Part shown: in pieces, positions 37,722-47,635 of the stretch
Position numbering within the stretch: the stretch's first letter is position 1
Layout: every line of letters begins with the position of its first letter
Assembly: GCA_016700095.1 (NCBI GenBank)
Contig: CP065002.1
Coordinates: forward strand, 28,074 to 92,073
DNA: 64,000 nt
Reading direction: 5' to 3'
Origin: Candidatus Woesebacteria bacterium
Lineage (GTDB): Bacteria; Patescibacteriota; Microgenomatia; UBA8517
Notes under the pieces: generated by a model
The model's database searches: none
The model's input: only the letters and a program-made list of their open reading frames with translations
Told to the model about the DNA's origin: nothing
Translations under genes and position numbers: made by a program

Positions 37722-38332
37722 TGAACAGCATCGCAACACATCCTGTGGAATTTTTAGAAGTAATTTACATAACCCATGGTTACTTTATTGTTTTCATCAG
37801 TAATTACATTGAAGCATCTCCGTTGGGATGGGCAATTCCCGGAGGGGTACTTGTAGCTCTTGGTGGATTTTTTGCTCAAAGTAACATACTGTCTTTGGGC
37901 GGTGTCTTGATTGCTGGCTGGCTAGGACTTTTTTCTGTTCTATTAACAGCATATTATCTTGGATCTAAAAGCGGTATGCGTTTGGCAAAAATTCTTCATC
38001 AGGAAAAAAATGCCGCCAAGGCAAAACGATTAATTGAAAAACATGGCGCTACTGTTCTAACAACATCACTTCTTGCCAGCTTGACCCGCTTCTGGGTAGC
38101 TTATGTGTGTGGAGCGCAAAAATACAGCCGAAACAAATTTATCATATATGCAGCTTTTACGTCGTTTGCATGGAATTTCATTCTCGTTTTTGTTGGATAT
38201 GTTGCCGGTGAAGAAAAGGAAAGGCTGGATTCCAATTTAGCCGCTCTCGGTTTTCTGGGATGGATAATCCTGTTTGTCACCGTAGCAATTATTTATTGGT
38301 ATGTAAGTCGGGAAAATGAAACCGAAAAATGA
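37721..38332 (+). CDS. DedA/SNARE-associated (TVP38/TMEM64) family membrane protein
   Basis: It has the ...YFIVFISNYIEASPLGWAIPGGVLVALGGFFA motif and 4-5 TM helices, and overlaps the previous stop (ATGA). Confidence 0.6.
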   Translation: MNSIATHPVEFLEVIYITHGYFIVFISNYIEASPLGWAIPGGVLVALGGFFAQSNILSLGGVLIAGWLGLFSVLLTAYYLGSKSGMRLAKILHQEKNAAKAKRLIEKHGATVLTTSLLASLTRFWVAYVCGAQKYSRNKFIIYAAFTSFAWNFILVFVGYVAGEEKERLDSNLAALGFLGWIILFVTVAIIYWYVSRENETEK

Positions 38333-38488
38333 CATGCAACGGACTTTGGTCTGTGGGAACTTTTTTTACGTCGTCGATATCGAAATTATTCTCCATCCAC
38401 GCGACAAACCACGTGATTTTACCAAACAGGGAAGTGATGGTACGATATTTTGCCAATTCCTTTAATTGAATTTTGATACAATATCACC

Positions 38489-39523
38489 ATGAGAATACTT
38501 GGTATCGAAACCAGTTGCGACGAAACCGGTGCAGCGCTTGTTGAAAACGGTAGCAAGATTATTTCTAATGTAATTGCAAGTTCCATAAATATTCATGCAA
38601 CAACGGGCGGAATTATTCCTGAAAGTGCCGCCAGAAAACAGGTTGAATATATTCTTCCGGTTATCAACGAGGCGTTGTTTAATGGATTAAACTACCGACC
38701 CAATACAAATCCTCCAGATATTGATGCTATTGCAGTCACCTACGGACCAGGGTTAATCGGTTCATTGTTGGTTGGCGTAGAGGTCGCCAAAACACTTTCT
38801 TTCCTTTGGAAAAAACCTCTAATTCCCGTTAATCATTTAATCGCTCATATTTTTGCAAATTATTTAGAAAATAGTGAATCCATTAATTTACCGGCCATTT
38901 CACTAATTGTAAGCGGAGGACACACCGAACTCGTTCTACTTGATAAAAACAAAACACTCAAGCGTATCGGTGGCACCAGAGACGATGCCGCCGGTGAAGC
39001 CTTTGATAAAACAGCAAGACTTCTTACGCTTCCCTATCCTGGGGGTCCATCGATAGCTAGTAAAGCAAGCACTTATCGCGAAGCTCACAGTGAAGTGATT
39101 GATGCGGATCTAAAGATGTTTCCACGACCAATGATAGACTCACCCGACTTTGATTTCAGTTTCTCGGGTCTGAAAACGTCAGTCTTAAACAAAGTAAAAT
39201 CGATGAAAAATGTCAATGACAACGTTGGCATGCTAAGTGCCGAAATCCAAGAAGCGATCGTTGATTGTTTAGTTGATAAATCCATCAAAGCACTTGATTA
39301 TTACCATATAAATACCTTTTTATTAGGCGGTGGAGTTGCCGCAAATGAACATCTGGTTGCTCGTTTTAAAAAAACACTAGCGAAAAAAAGGATTGATTTT
39401 TTCGTACCCCTTCCGAAATTCTGCACCGATAATGCAGCTGCAATAGCAGCGTGTGCTTATCATTTCCAAAACGTTGTATCATGGAAAAACGTTATTGCTG
39501 ATCCAGAATTAGATGTAGTCTAA
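38489..39523 (+). CDS. tsaD: tRNA N6-adenosine threonylcarbamoyltransferase TsaD (Kae1/YgjD)
   Basis: MRILGIETSCDETGAALVENG... with the ASKH-fold motifs and the SGGV/GGVAAN motif. Confidence 0.85.
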   Translation: MRILGIETSCDETGAALVENGSKIISNVIASSINIHATTGGIIPESAARKQVEYILPVINEALFNGLNYRPNTNPPDIDAIAVTYGPGLIGSLLVGVEVAKTLSFLWKKPLIPVNHLIAHIFANYLENSESINLPAISLIVSGGHTELVLLDKNKTLKRIGGTRDDAAGEAFDKTARLLTLPYPGGPSIASKASTYREAHSEVIDADLKMFPRPMIDSPDFDFSFSGLKTSVLNKVKSMKNVNDNVGMLSAEIQEAIVDCLVDKSIKALDYYHINTFLLGGGVAANEHLVARFKKTLAKKRIDFFVPLPKFCTDNAAAIAACAYHFQNVVSWKNVIADPELDVV

Positions 39524-39525
39524 AT

Positions 39526-40155
39526 ATGATATTAAAAATTGATTTCACTTCATTAAGCAATGATGCTATCAACAAAGCCGTGTCGGTTTTAACTAATGGA
39601 GGTGTTGTCGTTTATCCAACCGATACGTGTTATGGTATCGGTGTAAACGCTTTTAATATACATGCCGTTAATAAACTTTATGATATAAAAGGCAGAGATG
39701 TTACTAAGCCGACACATGTGGTGGTTAGAGATTGGAAAATGATTGAAGATTTAGCTTACCCCAACAGCCTCGCCAAAACATTATTTGATAAATTTCTTCC
39801 AGGTCCGCTTACGATGATTTTAAACAAAAAACCAAATGTTTTGGATATTTTAACAGGTGGACTTTCGACACTTGGTGTCCGCATTCCAAATAGTCACTTA
39901 ACAAGCAAGTTGTCAAAATTGGTAGATTTCCCATACACCACCCCATCCGCCAACAGAACGGGAGAGCCATCCCCATATTCCTTTGAGGAGGTCATGAAGG
40001 TTTTAGATCTAAATAAAGTTGATCTAATTCTTGATGCCGGATTTCTTCCCCACAACCCACCGTCTACTATAGTTGATGTAACCAAAATGCCTTACGAAAT
40101 GTTAAGGGAAGGGCCCATAACCAATAAACAAGTAAAGTATATCTTGGGTTTATAA
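39526..40155 (+). CDS. tsaC: L-threonylcarbamoyladenylate synthase TsaC/YrdC family
   Basis: GGVVVYPTDTCYGIGVNAFN... and ...LGVRIPN... (YrdC/Sua5 domain), 2 nt after tsaD. Confidence 0.75.
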   Translation: MILKIDFTSLSNDAINKAVSVLTNGGVVVYPTDTCYGIGVNAFNIHAVNKLYDIKGRDVTKPTHVVVRDWKMIEDLAYPNSLAKTLFDKFLPGPLTMILNKKPNVLDILTGGLSTLGVRIPNSHLTSKLSKLVDFPYTTPSANRTGEPSPYSFEEVMKVLDLNKVDLILDAGFLPHNPPSTIVDVTKMPYEMLREGPITNKQVKYILGL

Positions 40156-40179
40156 ATACTTAACAATAAGATATAATTG

Positions 40180-40346
40180 ACTAATTAAGGCGCTTTAAAT
40201 TTGGTTAGTCCCCAAATTAGCCTGTAGCTGACAAGAAACTTAAGTTACACGGATGCAAGCCGTAATCTGCAAAATTAAGTAATAGTTGAGGTGGTACCTG
40301 TCCCGGAAACGGGATCCGCAACACGCTGAGATTGGCGTGTTTTTTT
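40180..40346 (+). promoter_or_regulatory. Candidate T-box riboswitch leader upstream of valS
   Basis: GAGGTGGTACC (40288-40298) matches the T-box core AGGGUGGNACC. The rho-independent terminator AACACGCtgagattgGCGTGTTTTTTTT (40320-40347) lies immediately downstream, and the stem-loop GTTACACGGatgcaagCCGTAAT lies upstream. Its position 5' of an aminoacyl-tRNA synthetase gene fits a T-box. Confidence 0.4.
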
Positions 40347-40371
40347 ATGATTAAAAAGTTAATATAAATGT

Positions 40372-42648
40372 ATGGAAAAACAATATAATCATTGTGATTA
40401 TGAAAAGAAAATCTATAAGATGTGGGAAGATGGTGGATATTTTAAGGCCGAAATTGATCTTAATAAAAAGCCATATACAATTCTTCTTCCACCGCCCAAC
40501 GCTAGTGGAAAAATGCATACAGGCAACGTTCTTATGATTGCAATTGAAGACTTACTTATCAGGTGGAAGCGTATGCAGGGTTACGCCGCACTTTGGATCC
40601 CTGGAACAGACCATGCAGGATTTGAAACACAAATTACTTTTGAGAAACAACTGGCTGAAAAAGGTGATTCACGCCTAAACTACGACAGACAAACTTTGTA
40701 CAATATGATTTGGGAATTTGTACAAGGAAACAAACACTTAATAGAAAATCAAATCAAAGAAATGGGTGCAAGTGTTGATTGGAATAGGTATACCTTCACC
40801 TTGGACGATAAGGTTATACGGACTGTTTATGAAACCTTTAGTAAACTTCACAATGACGGCTTAATTTACAAAGACGACTACATGGTCAACTACTGCACCT
40901 TTTGCGGAACGACGTTTGCAGACGCTGAGGTGTCACATAAAACTAAAATTTCGCCTTTGTACTACGTTAAATATCAACTCGTTGATATCACTTATCAGAA
41001 AAAGGCTTATATTGTAATCGCCACTACTCGCCCAGAAACGATTTACGTAGATACTCATGTGGCAATTAATCCCAGCGATACAACCAAAACAGAATTGATT
41101 GGCAAAAAAGTCCTAAATCCTCTCACCGAAAATGTGATGGATATTGTTGCCGATGAATTTGTAGATCCAAAATTTGGAACCGGAATCGTCAAGTTAACGC
41201 CAGCGCACGACAAAAATGATTACGAGGTGGCCAAAAAAATCAACCTTCCAATAATTCAGGTTTTTGGGATGGATGGGAAAATGAATAGCAACGCGCGTGA
41301 ATTTGAAGGATTGTATATTAAACAAGCTCGAGAAAAAGTAGTAGAACAACTAATAAAAAGTGGAAAAATTGACAAGATAGATGAAAATTATGTCAACACC
41401 GTCGCTTTGTGCAAAGGTAAACACCAAATTGAACCAATGATAATACCCAATTGGTTTGTTAAAGTCGACAGTCTTAAAAAACCTGCACACGAAGCCGTTA
41501 AAGACGGCAGAGTCACTATCTACCCAAAATGGCAGGAAATTAAATATCACAGATGGATGGAAACCATGCATGATTGGCCTATTTCCCGGCAAGTAGTTTG
41601 GGGAATTAGAATACCAGTGTGGTACGAGGTGTCACAAAATCCAAATTTAGTAATTACATTTCTTACAGAGAAAAGAAACGTTATAACCGGCAAACTTAGC
41701 GAGATATTAAAGGATCACGCGCTTGGTGAAATTAAAAACGGTCTTCAAACACTTGTTGCAACCAAAGACAGCAAATATGTTATTTCCAGCGATCAACCCG
41801 GAGAAAATTATTTGCCTGAAACCGACACTTTTGACACATGGTTTTCGTCTGGTCAGTGGCCACTCGTTACACTAGGATATCCAGAATCTTTGGATTTTAA
41901 GTATTTTTACCCCACAGCAGTTCTCGAAACAGGTTGGGAAATACTCCGACTTTGGATATCCCGAATGATTATGTTCGGATTATATTTAGCAAACGATGTA
42001 CCTTTCAAAAACGTTTATCTTCACGGAATGGTTCGTGCAATAGATGGACGAAAAATGAGCAAAAGCTTAGGAAACAACATTAATCCGGATGAATACATCA
42101 AAGAATACGGTGTGGATGCACTTCGCATGGGACTTATTGCCGGAACAGCAAATGGCAAAGATTTTAATTTTCCACACGACAAAGTCAAATCGTACAGAAA
42201 CTTTGCAAACAAAATTTGGAATATCGCCCGATTTATGAATATGTTGTTTGAAGAATTCGAAAACGAAGACATCGAAGAATTTGACGATCTTGCTTCAAGT
42301 CCCGCTTCTGATGAGCAGTTAAACATTAACGACAGAAATATTCTTAAACTCCTCGATGAGACAATCAACAAAGTTGATTCTTCGCTTAACAAATATCGTT
42401 TTTCCGATGCTTCCGAAGCAATCTATCATTACATATGGAATGAAGTTGCTTCAAATTACATTGAAGATGTTAAGTTAAGAAAAGGAAACAATAAGCGGGT
42501 TGGATTAATTGTTTTAAAACATGTATTTCTTAACAGCATGAAACTGCTTCATCCTTTTATGCCCTTTGTAACCGAGGCGGTCTGGCAAGAAACAACACAC
42601 AAGAGTACCAGCCCTTTGATCATCTCCACTTGGCCTACATCTAAATAG
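40372..42648 (+). CDS. valS: Valyl-tRNA synthetase (compact form lacking C-terminal coiled coil)
   Basis: It has PPPNASGKMHTGN (the ValS-type PPPN + HIGH region), IVIATTRPETIYVDTHVAINP (the ValS CP1 editing-domain TTRPET motif) and KMSKSLGN. LeuS (TTRPDT) and IleS were considered and rejected. Confidence 0.75.
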   Translation: MEKQYNHCDYEKKIYKMWEDGGYFKAEIDLNKKPYTILLPPPNASGKMHTGNVLMIAIEDLLIRWKRMQGYAALWIPGTDHAGFETQITFEKQLAEKGDSRLNYDRQTLYNMIWEFVQGNKHLIENQIKEMGASVDWNRYTFTLDDKVIRTVYETFSKLHNDGLIYKDDYMVNYCTFCGTTFADAEVSHKTKISPLYYVKYQLVDITYQKKAYIVIATTRPETIYVDTHVAINPSDTTKTELIGKKVLNPLTENVMDIVADEFVDPKFGTGIVKLTPAHDKNDYEVAKKINLPIIQVFGMDGKMNSNAREFEGLYIKQAREKVVEQLIKSGKIDKIDENYVNTVALCKGKHQIEPMIIPNWFVKVDSLKKPAHEAVKDGRVTIYPKWQEIKYHRWMETMHDWPISRQVVWGIRIPVWYEVSQNPNLVITFLTEKRNVITGKLSEILKDHALGEIKNGLQTLVATKDSKYVISSDQPGENYLPETDTFDTWFSSGQWPLVTLGYPESLDFKYFYPTAVLETGWEILRLWISRMIMFGLYLANDVPFKNVYLHGMVRAIDGRKMSKSLGNNINPDEYIKEYGVDALRMGLIAGTANGKDFNFPHDKVKSYRNFANKIWNIARFMNMLFEEFENEDIEEFDDLASSPASDEQLNINDRNILKLLDETINKVDSSLNKYRFSDASEAIYHYIWNEVASNYIEDVKLRKGNNKRVGLIVLKHVFLNSMKLLHPFMPFVTEAVWQETTHKSTSPLIISTWPTSK

Positions 42649-42752
42649 CGCCTAACATAAATAAATTAAATTATTCGACGCTAAATCCCCCATGGTTGAA
42701 CCTTTGATAAATATGGCTTGAATAAGTTGAAGTTAATCAGAGTAATTTCCGA

Positions 42753-43415
42753 TTATTTCTTTTCTTCCGAAGATTCTGTAACAGTTTCACCTTTTGCTTT
42801 ATCGTCAACGGCTTCTTTAACTTCTCCTTCTACGGCTTCGACAACAACCTCCGGCTCTTCTTCTCTGAGAGCTTCTACCTTGGCGATAATCAAATCATCG
42901 TCAGCTAAAATCTCTACTTTTTTATCCGTCCTCAAATCGGCAATCGAAACAGAACTTTCAACTTCCGTTAGTTTTGAGACATCTACTTCGAATTTGTCGG
43001 GTAAATCAGCAGGTAGTGCTTCTACTTCAACTTCGTCAACGTGCTGAACCAATGTTCCCAGACCGGATTTGTCGGCCGGTGATTCCCCTACTAATTCTAC
43101 CGGCACGTGTGCGGTTACTTTTTCTGTCAAATTAACTTGGAAAAAATCGGCATGAAGAAGTTCACCGGTAACAGGATCAACCTGAACATCATGAACAAGA
43201 ACGGGTTTTTTTGTGCTTCCCACTTCTAATTCGATCAGTCCGGTCTCCCCCACTTTTTTATAAACATCCGCAAACTCCTTTGTTGCAATCTGGATGGATA
43301 GAGATTTTACTTTTTTCCCAAAAACATTTGCGGGTAAAATTCCCTCTCTTCTTAGTTTTTTTACCTTTCTTCCAACGATTTCCCTGTTTTGTGCTTTTAG
43401 TATTTGCTTAGTCAT
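42753..43415 (-). CDS. rplY: Ribosomal protein L25/general stress protein Ctc with acidic C-terminal extension
   Basis: MTKQILKAQNREIVGRKVKKLRREGILPANVFGKK... (L25 N-domain), then a beta-barrel domain and a Glu/Val-rich tail. Confidence 0.75.
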   Translation of the reverse strand: MTKQILKAQNREIVGRKVKKLRREGILPANVFGKKVKSLSIQIATKEFADVYKKVGETGLIELEVGSTKKPVLVHDVQVDPVTGELLHADFFQVNLTEKVTAHVPVELVGESPADKSGLGTLVQHVDEVEVEALPADLPDKFEVDVSKLTEVESSVSIADLRTDKKVEILADDDLIIAKVEALREEEPEVVVEAVEGEVKEAVDDKAKGETVTESSEEKK

Positions 43416-46302
43416 ATTTCAGATTTACCTTAAGATTAATATCTTTGTCTAAGGTGGTATTATATCCGTATAGTCCCTCATTGGTCAAGCGAAAAATATT
43501 CGTTGGAAATATTGTTAATCTCTCGGGTGTTTTTATACTAACCGACAAGGGTACATTTTTCATCCCGGATTGTTTAATAAATCGAATATCATATTCCCCG
43601 TCTCTCGTCAGATCTAGCACCGACGTTGTTTCCCAATTAATTAGATATCGTTCCGTTTGGCCTGGCATAATTTCTATAATAAAACCAGCGGTCTTGCCTT
43701 CTTTCTCTACAGAGATATCCGGTTTAACCAAAACGGTTCCACTCTCGTTTGTACGGTAAATGTCTTCAAAGCCACTTTCTTTGTTAACCAATATTTTTAC
43801 ATAAGCTTGATAGGGTTGGGAATTGTCTTTCGGATTTGTAAATACATATTGCATCGAGTGTTTTACAATTCCCTCTTCTATGTAAACCGTAAGATTTATT
43901 TCTCGTTTAATTGATTGAGCATTGGCGTTTACGCTCGAGTCAAAAACACCGATCTCGTCAGAAAAGCAATTAAAACTACATTTTTGGGAATTCTTGTTTC
44001 CAAACAAATTTGCTGATTGCAATTTGTTGTTGAAATTGTCATCTGTTGTCATAAGCTGAATATTTTTATTATTACTTCCTTCAAATACTAATCCATAAAT
44101 TGATAATTTTTGATTCTCGTCTAATTCCACAAGTGTTTCAAAAATTCTTTTTATATATTCTTTTACCAATTTGGGGTCTTGTTGTTTCTCGGCGACCGCT
44201 GTGTGTAAATCGGAAGTACTTAACTCGTCGTTGAAAACTTTCTTATACTCATTTGCCATGTTTTCTTCTAGTCTATTAATAATTTCCTGATTTAAAACCA
44301 CAACTCCATCTACCTCAATATCAACCGATTTTGATATAAACCACTTAAGCTGTTCTGCAGAGTTTATGTAATTTACGTGCCAACCAAAATCCTTCGACGA
44401 CCACTTATCAGTATTTAGACCCGATAACAAATTTGCGGGAGGTATGATTTCTCCCTTAATTTGTTTATCTAAAAATTCAGGTGTATAAACATATATATCT
44501 GCCAGTTTTCCTTCACTAAAAACTATAATTGCAATATAGTTAGCTATTCCACCCGAAGGGCGGATTACATTCTCATCTTGGAATACAAGGGCATAACTCT
44601 TGGTCTTGTCTTCACCCAACATGTTCGGCAGGTCTGCTGAAATTTGTTGTATAAAATATGCAAGCGATTTCGTTCGAGAAATATCAACTGAAGATATTAT
44701 GTTGAGAATCACTTTTTTATTGTTCCCTGAAAGTGCTTTAATTTGTCCTTCCAAAAATCCCAATTCTTCTACCAACGATTTATTAACAAGCAGTATCGAG
44801 CTAGTGATATCTTCAACACTTCCATCAACACCAAAAGCATTGTCAACTAACACGTTGGTCGCACTTAACGAAACAACAATTTTTTCTTCAACTGTTGACA
44901 CCCTCAAAAGTACCAACGTTAAAGCATGAAGGTCGCCAAAAATACTACCTATGTGGGGAGTTGTCGATAATATAAATATGTAGTTTTCGGTTAATGCAAC
45001 AACTCTGTTTGATACACCAACTGTTGTACGGGCGGTTTTCAAATCATACGACAACAATCTGTTTTTATTGAAACTTACTAAAAATATTGACGTGGTAATA
45101 AGAAATAACGGCACTATAAAATATCCCAACACCGCAAAAAACACTACATACAAAACTGGTTTCTTAACCCTCTTTTTAATAACTAAATAATACTTTTTTA
45201 GCGCTAGTAAAACTTTTCTTGATTGCTTTTTGTCGTTTATAGCCGGGGTTAATGAGTGAACAATTTTACTACCTTTGTTGGAAGTTTGTTGGTCAATTAT
45301 TTTGTTGGATTCTATTTCGTTAGTATTTCTATTAACTACTTTTGACGAGTCTTGTTCATTTGAATAAAGTGGTGTATGTTGAGGTGGTACTAAATCTTTT
45401 TGGGTACTTCTATTTACCAAAGTGTCGTTTGGGTTGGATGATGTTTTTTCGGCATCATCATTGTGTGTAACAACTACTGCTTTGTAGCGATGAGTATTTG
45501 CATTTTCTTTTTCGCTTTTAACGCGGATCAGATATTCCTCAAGAAACGACATTAGTACGTTTTTGTCAAATTGAACAAAAGCTTTTTCTTCTACAAAAGC
45601 ATCTTCAAAACTTATATTAATAGAATCATTCCGACTTGTTAAATTCTTGTTTACCGTTTGTTGAAATTCATTAGCATAATTAACATGTGATATTACTGCA
45701 TGCTTAGTACTTTCACTCATAAACGAAAAAATCGATCGTTCAACGTGATAGAGTGCGTCGGCTATTCCGATTGGTAAAAATTTCCAGTTGTTAATACAAG
45801 GTAAGTCTTCTTCAAAATATAACTTCTCGGCTACTGTATTTTTTACAAACCCTTTCTTTAGTTCAACCACGTCACCAAGATACAAAGCTCGGTATTTCGG
45901 TTTGTCTAAATTTATTTTTAGTAACAAATTGTTGTTATCTATGTGTTTCTCTTTTGACGCTATATAGGAAAAAACAAATACCTTTTTTAAGTCTTGATGT
46001 TTAATAACCAGTTGCGCCAAATCCGATAATTTAACGCGAGACGTATTACCAAATTGTTCAAGGTCGATATAAATAAAATAGTCATATTTGTCTTGATATG
46101 AAAATTTTTCAATGTCCATTAAACGCCAGCCGTCAAATTTGGTTTCATCAACAATGATATTCCACAGATCGATGTTGTCTGTTACAACGTCTACTTCACA
46201 CGATAGATCAACAAATCTCTTGACAATGTTTAATGACAAGTAGTTGAATTTCGTAATTACGAGCGCCCGCGGTTTGGTCGTTTTAGTTTGTTGGTTGTCC
46301 AT
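43408..46302 (-). CDS. Large hypothetical membrane protein (964 aa; cytoplasmic N-domain, single central TM, large extracytoplasmic C-domain)
   Basis: An intact 2.9-kb ORF with a central hydrophobic helix (YVVFFAVLGYFIVPLFLITTSIFLVSF). It overlaps the rplY start by 8 nt. Confidence 0.5.
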   Translation of the reverse strand: MDNQQTKTTKPRALVITKFNYLSLNIVKRFVDLSCEVDVVTDNIDLWNIIVDETKFDGWRLMDIEKFSYQDKYDYFIYIDLEQFGNTSRVKLSDLAQLVIKHQDLKKVFVFSYIASKEKHIDNNNLLLKINLDKPKYRALYLGDVVELKKGFVKNTVAEKLYFEEDLPCINNWKFLPIGIADALYHVERSIFSFMSESTKHAVISHVNYANEFQQTVNKNLTSRNDSINISFEDAFVEEKAFVQFDKNVLMSFLEEYLIRVKSEKENANTHRYKAVVVTHNDDAEKTSSNPNDTLVNRSTQKDLVPPQHTPLYSNEQDSSKVVNRNTNEIESNKIIDQQTSNKGSKIVHSLTPAINDKKQSRKVLLALKKYYLVIKKRVKKPVLYVVFFAVLGYFIVPLFLITTSIFLVSFNKNRLLSYDLKTARTTVGVSNRVVALTENYIFILSTTPHIGSIFGDLHALTLVLLRVSTVEEKIVVSLSATNVLVDNAFGVDGSVEDITSSILLVNKSLVEELGFLEGQIKALSGNNKKVILNIISSVDISRTKSLAYFIQQISADLPNMLGEDKTKSYALVFQDENVIRPSGGIANYIAIIVFSEGKLADIYVYTPEFLDKQIKGEIIPPANLLSGLNTDKWSSKDFGWHVNYINSAEQLKWFISKSVDIEVDGVVVLNQEIINRLEENMANEYKKVFNDELSTSDLHTAVAEKQQDPKLVKEYIKRIFETLVELDENQKLSIYGLVFEGSNNKNIQLMTTDDNFNNKLQSANLFGNKNSQKCSFNCFSDEIGVFDSSVNANAQSIKREINLTVYIEEGIVKHSMQYVFTNPKDNSQPYQAYVKILVNKESGFEDIYRTNESGTVLVKPDISVEKEGKTAGFIIEIMPGQTERYLINWETTSVLDLTRDGEYDIRFIKQSGMKNVPLSVSIKTPERLTIFPTNIFRLTNEGLYGYNTTLDKDINLKVNLKYD

Positions 46303-46707
46303 TGTAATTAATGCTAATTCAATTACCTAAACATTTCAATTTTATGGTAATACTGGTGTTGTTTTAGTGTTAATAATATAGAACACATATTTTACTCAAC
46401 ATTTCGACGTGAAATTTTAAAAGTATTCACGAGGATATCTTGTAGTAATTACCGCATCGATATCTTTTATGGGTAAAAACATGTTCCATACATCAGAAAC
46501 GTGTAAGCAATAATAAGTGAGTAAAATTTACAAACATCATCGTTTCTTTTGGAGTAAATTTTATCAAAATTACACTTTAACAATTTCTTATAATCTATTG
46601 ATATAAGTAGTAAATATTAAATTGTCAGTTGAGGTGTTTTTCTAAAATAGCAATTTTTTTTAACGATTTTATAATTCTATAAGTGTTGAAGACCAATGAA
46701 AGATTAA

Positions 46708-47136
46708 TCAAGAAAGATGTTTGTGTTTATCCAATTCCCTGTTAACTAAAGAATCTGCAGTTTTGTTTAACAATCTTGGGACGGAAGAAAAAACAATTTC
46801 TTTATCAATGTCTTGAAGTAATGTTATTACTTTTTGGTGCAAGGTTATCAGATGTTCACTTTTAATTTTATAAATTCCGAGTATCTGTTTTGTTATCAAT
46901 TCAGAATCAAGTTTAAAGTATATTTTTTCACTGTTAATTATTTCTTTCCGATCTGCCTTAATCCATTCGAGCGCCATTAGTACGGAGTTGTATTCGGCAA
47001 CGTTGTTTGTTGTTTCTCCTAAGTACTTTGACTGGTTGTATATTTCAATTCCGTTTTTCAAAACAACAAATGCGCTTGCTGCAGGTCCCGGATTTCCTCT
47101 GGATCCACCATCACCAAATATTTCTATTGTTTCCAT
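46708..47136 (-). CDS. rnhA: Ribonuclease HI
   Basis: It has FGDGGSRGNPGPAA, TNNVAEY, LE, DS.L and NKTADSLVN, the RNase H1 catalytic DEDD motifs. The start was set at the internal Met (METIEIF) to avoid a 62-nt overlap with jag. Confidence 0.7.
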   Translation of the reverse strand: METIEIFGDGGSRGNPGPAASAFVVLKNGIEIYNQSKYLGETTNNVAEYNSVLMALEWIKADRKEIINSEKIYFKLDSELITKQILGIYKIKSEHLITLHQKVITLLQDIDKEIVFSSVPRLLNKTADSLVNRELDKHKHLS

Positions 47137-47149
47137 AATAAATGAAGGA

Positions 47150-47635
47150 TTATCTTTTGGGGTGTATAACAAGATGTCTATCTTGTCCTTCGCCAACCGA
47201 TTCGGTTTCAACTTCTTTGTTGTCTACAAGTGCCATATGTACAATCCTTCTTTGGGCGGGAGAAAGATTGAAAAGCGGAACATCCTCGCCAGTTTCGGCT
47301 GCCCGCTGTGCTGACGTAACTGCCAAATGATTTAGTTTTTCATTTTGTTTTTCTCTCCAATCCGCAACATTAATCAGTACCCTTACCCACTCCCCCGTTT
47401 TGGATTTATAAATCATGGAAATTACTGTCTGAAGTGCCAACAGAGTTTCTCCTCTGCTTCCAATAAGAAGTCCAGATTCTTTTTCGGTTTTTATATCAAC
47501 TAATATCGCATCGTTTACACTATCTTCCTTTACCTCCAGATCCGCACCAGACCCCATCAAGCGAAGCAGTTCGCGCGCAATCTCTTCGACAATTGATGCG
47601 GGATCTTGTTTTACTGTTTCAATTTTTTTTGACAT
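47150..47635 (-). CDS. khpB: Jag/KhpB-like RNA-binding protein (KH + R3H domains)
   Basis: The C-terminal R3H segment is ...AQRRIVHMALVDNKEVETESVGEGQDRHLVIHP. It sits in the conserved yidC-jag position and overlaps the yidC stop. Confidence 0.65.
   Translation of the reverse strand: MSKKIETVKQDPASIVEEIARELLRLMGSGADLEVKEDSVNDAILVDIKTEKESGLLIGSRGETLLALQTVISMIYKSKTGEWVRVLINVADWREKQNEKLNHLAVTSAQRAAETGEDVPLFNLSPAQRRIVHMALVDNKEVETESVGEGQDRHLVIHPKR

Noticed and set aside
40156-40371. Possibility that the valS leader is an SRP (4.5S) RNA or tRNA
   Set aside because: There is no AGGUCCGGAAGGAAGCAGC-type domain IV and no tRNA T-arm/cloverleaf. The GGTGGTACC core plus the terminator fits a T-box better.
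40372-42648. LeuS or IleS assignment for the 758-aa synthetase
   Set aside because: The PPPN-type HIGH region and the TTRPET editing-domain motif are ValS hallmarks. LeuS has TTRPDT and lacks PPPN.
42718-43047. 109-aa plus-strand ORF (Ser/Thr-rich)
   Set aside because: It is antisense to the Glu/Val-rich acidic tail of rplY/ctc, a low-complexity artefact.
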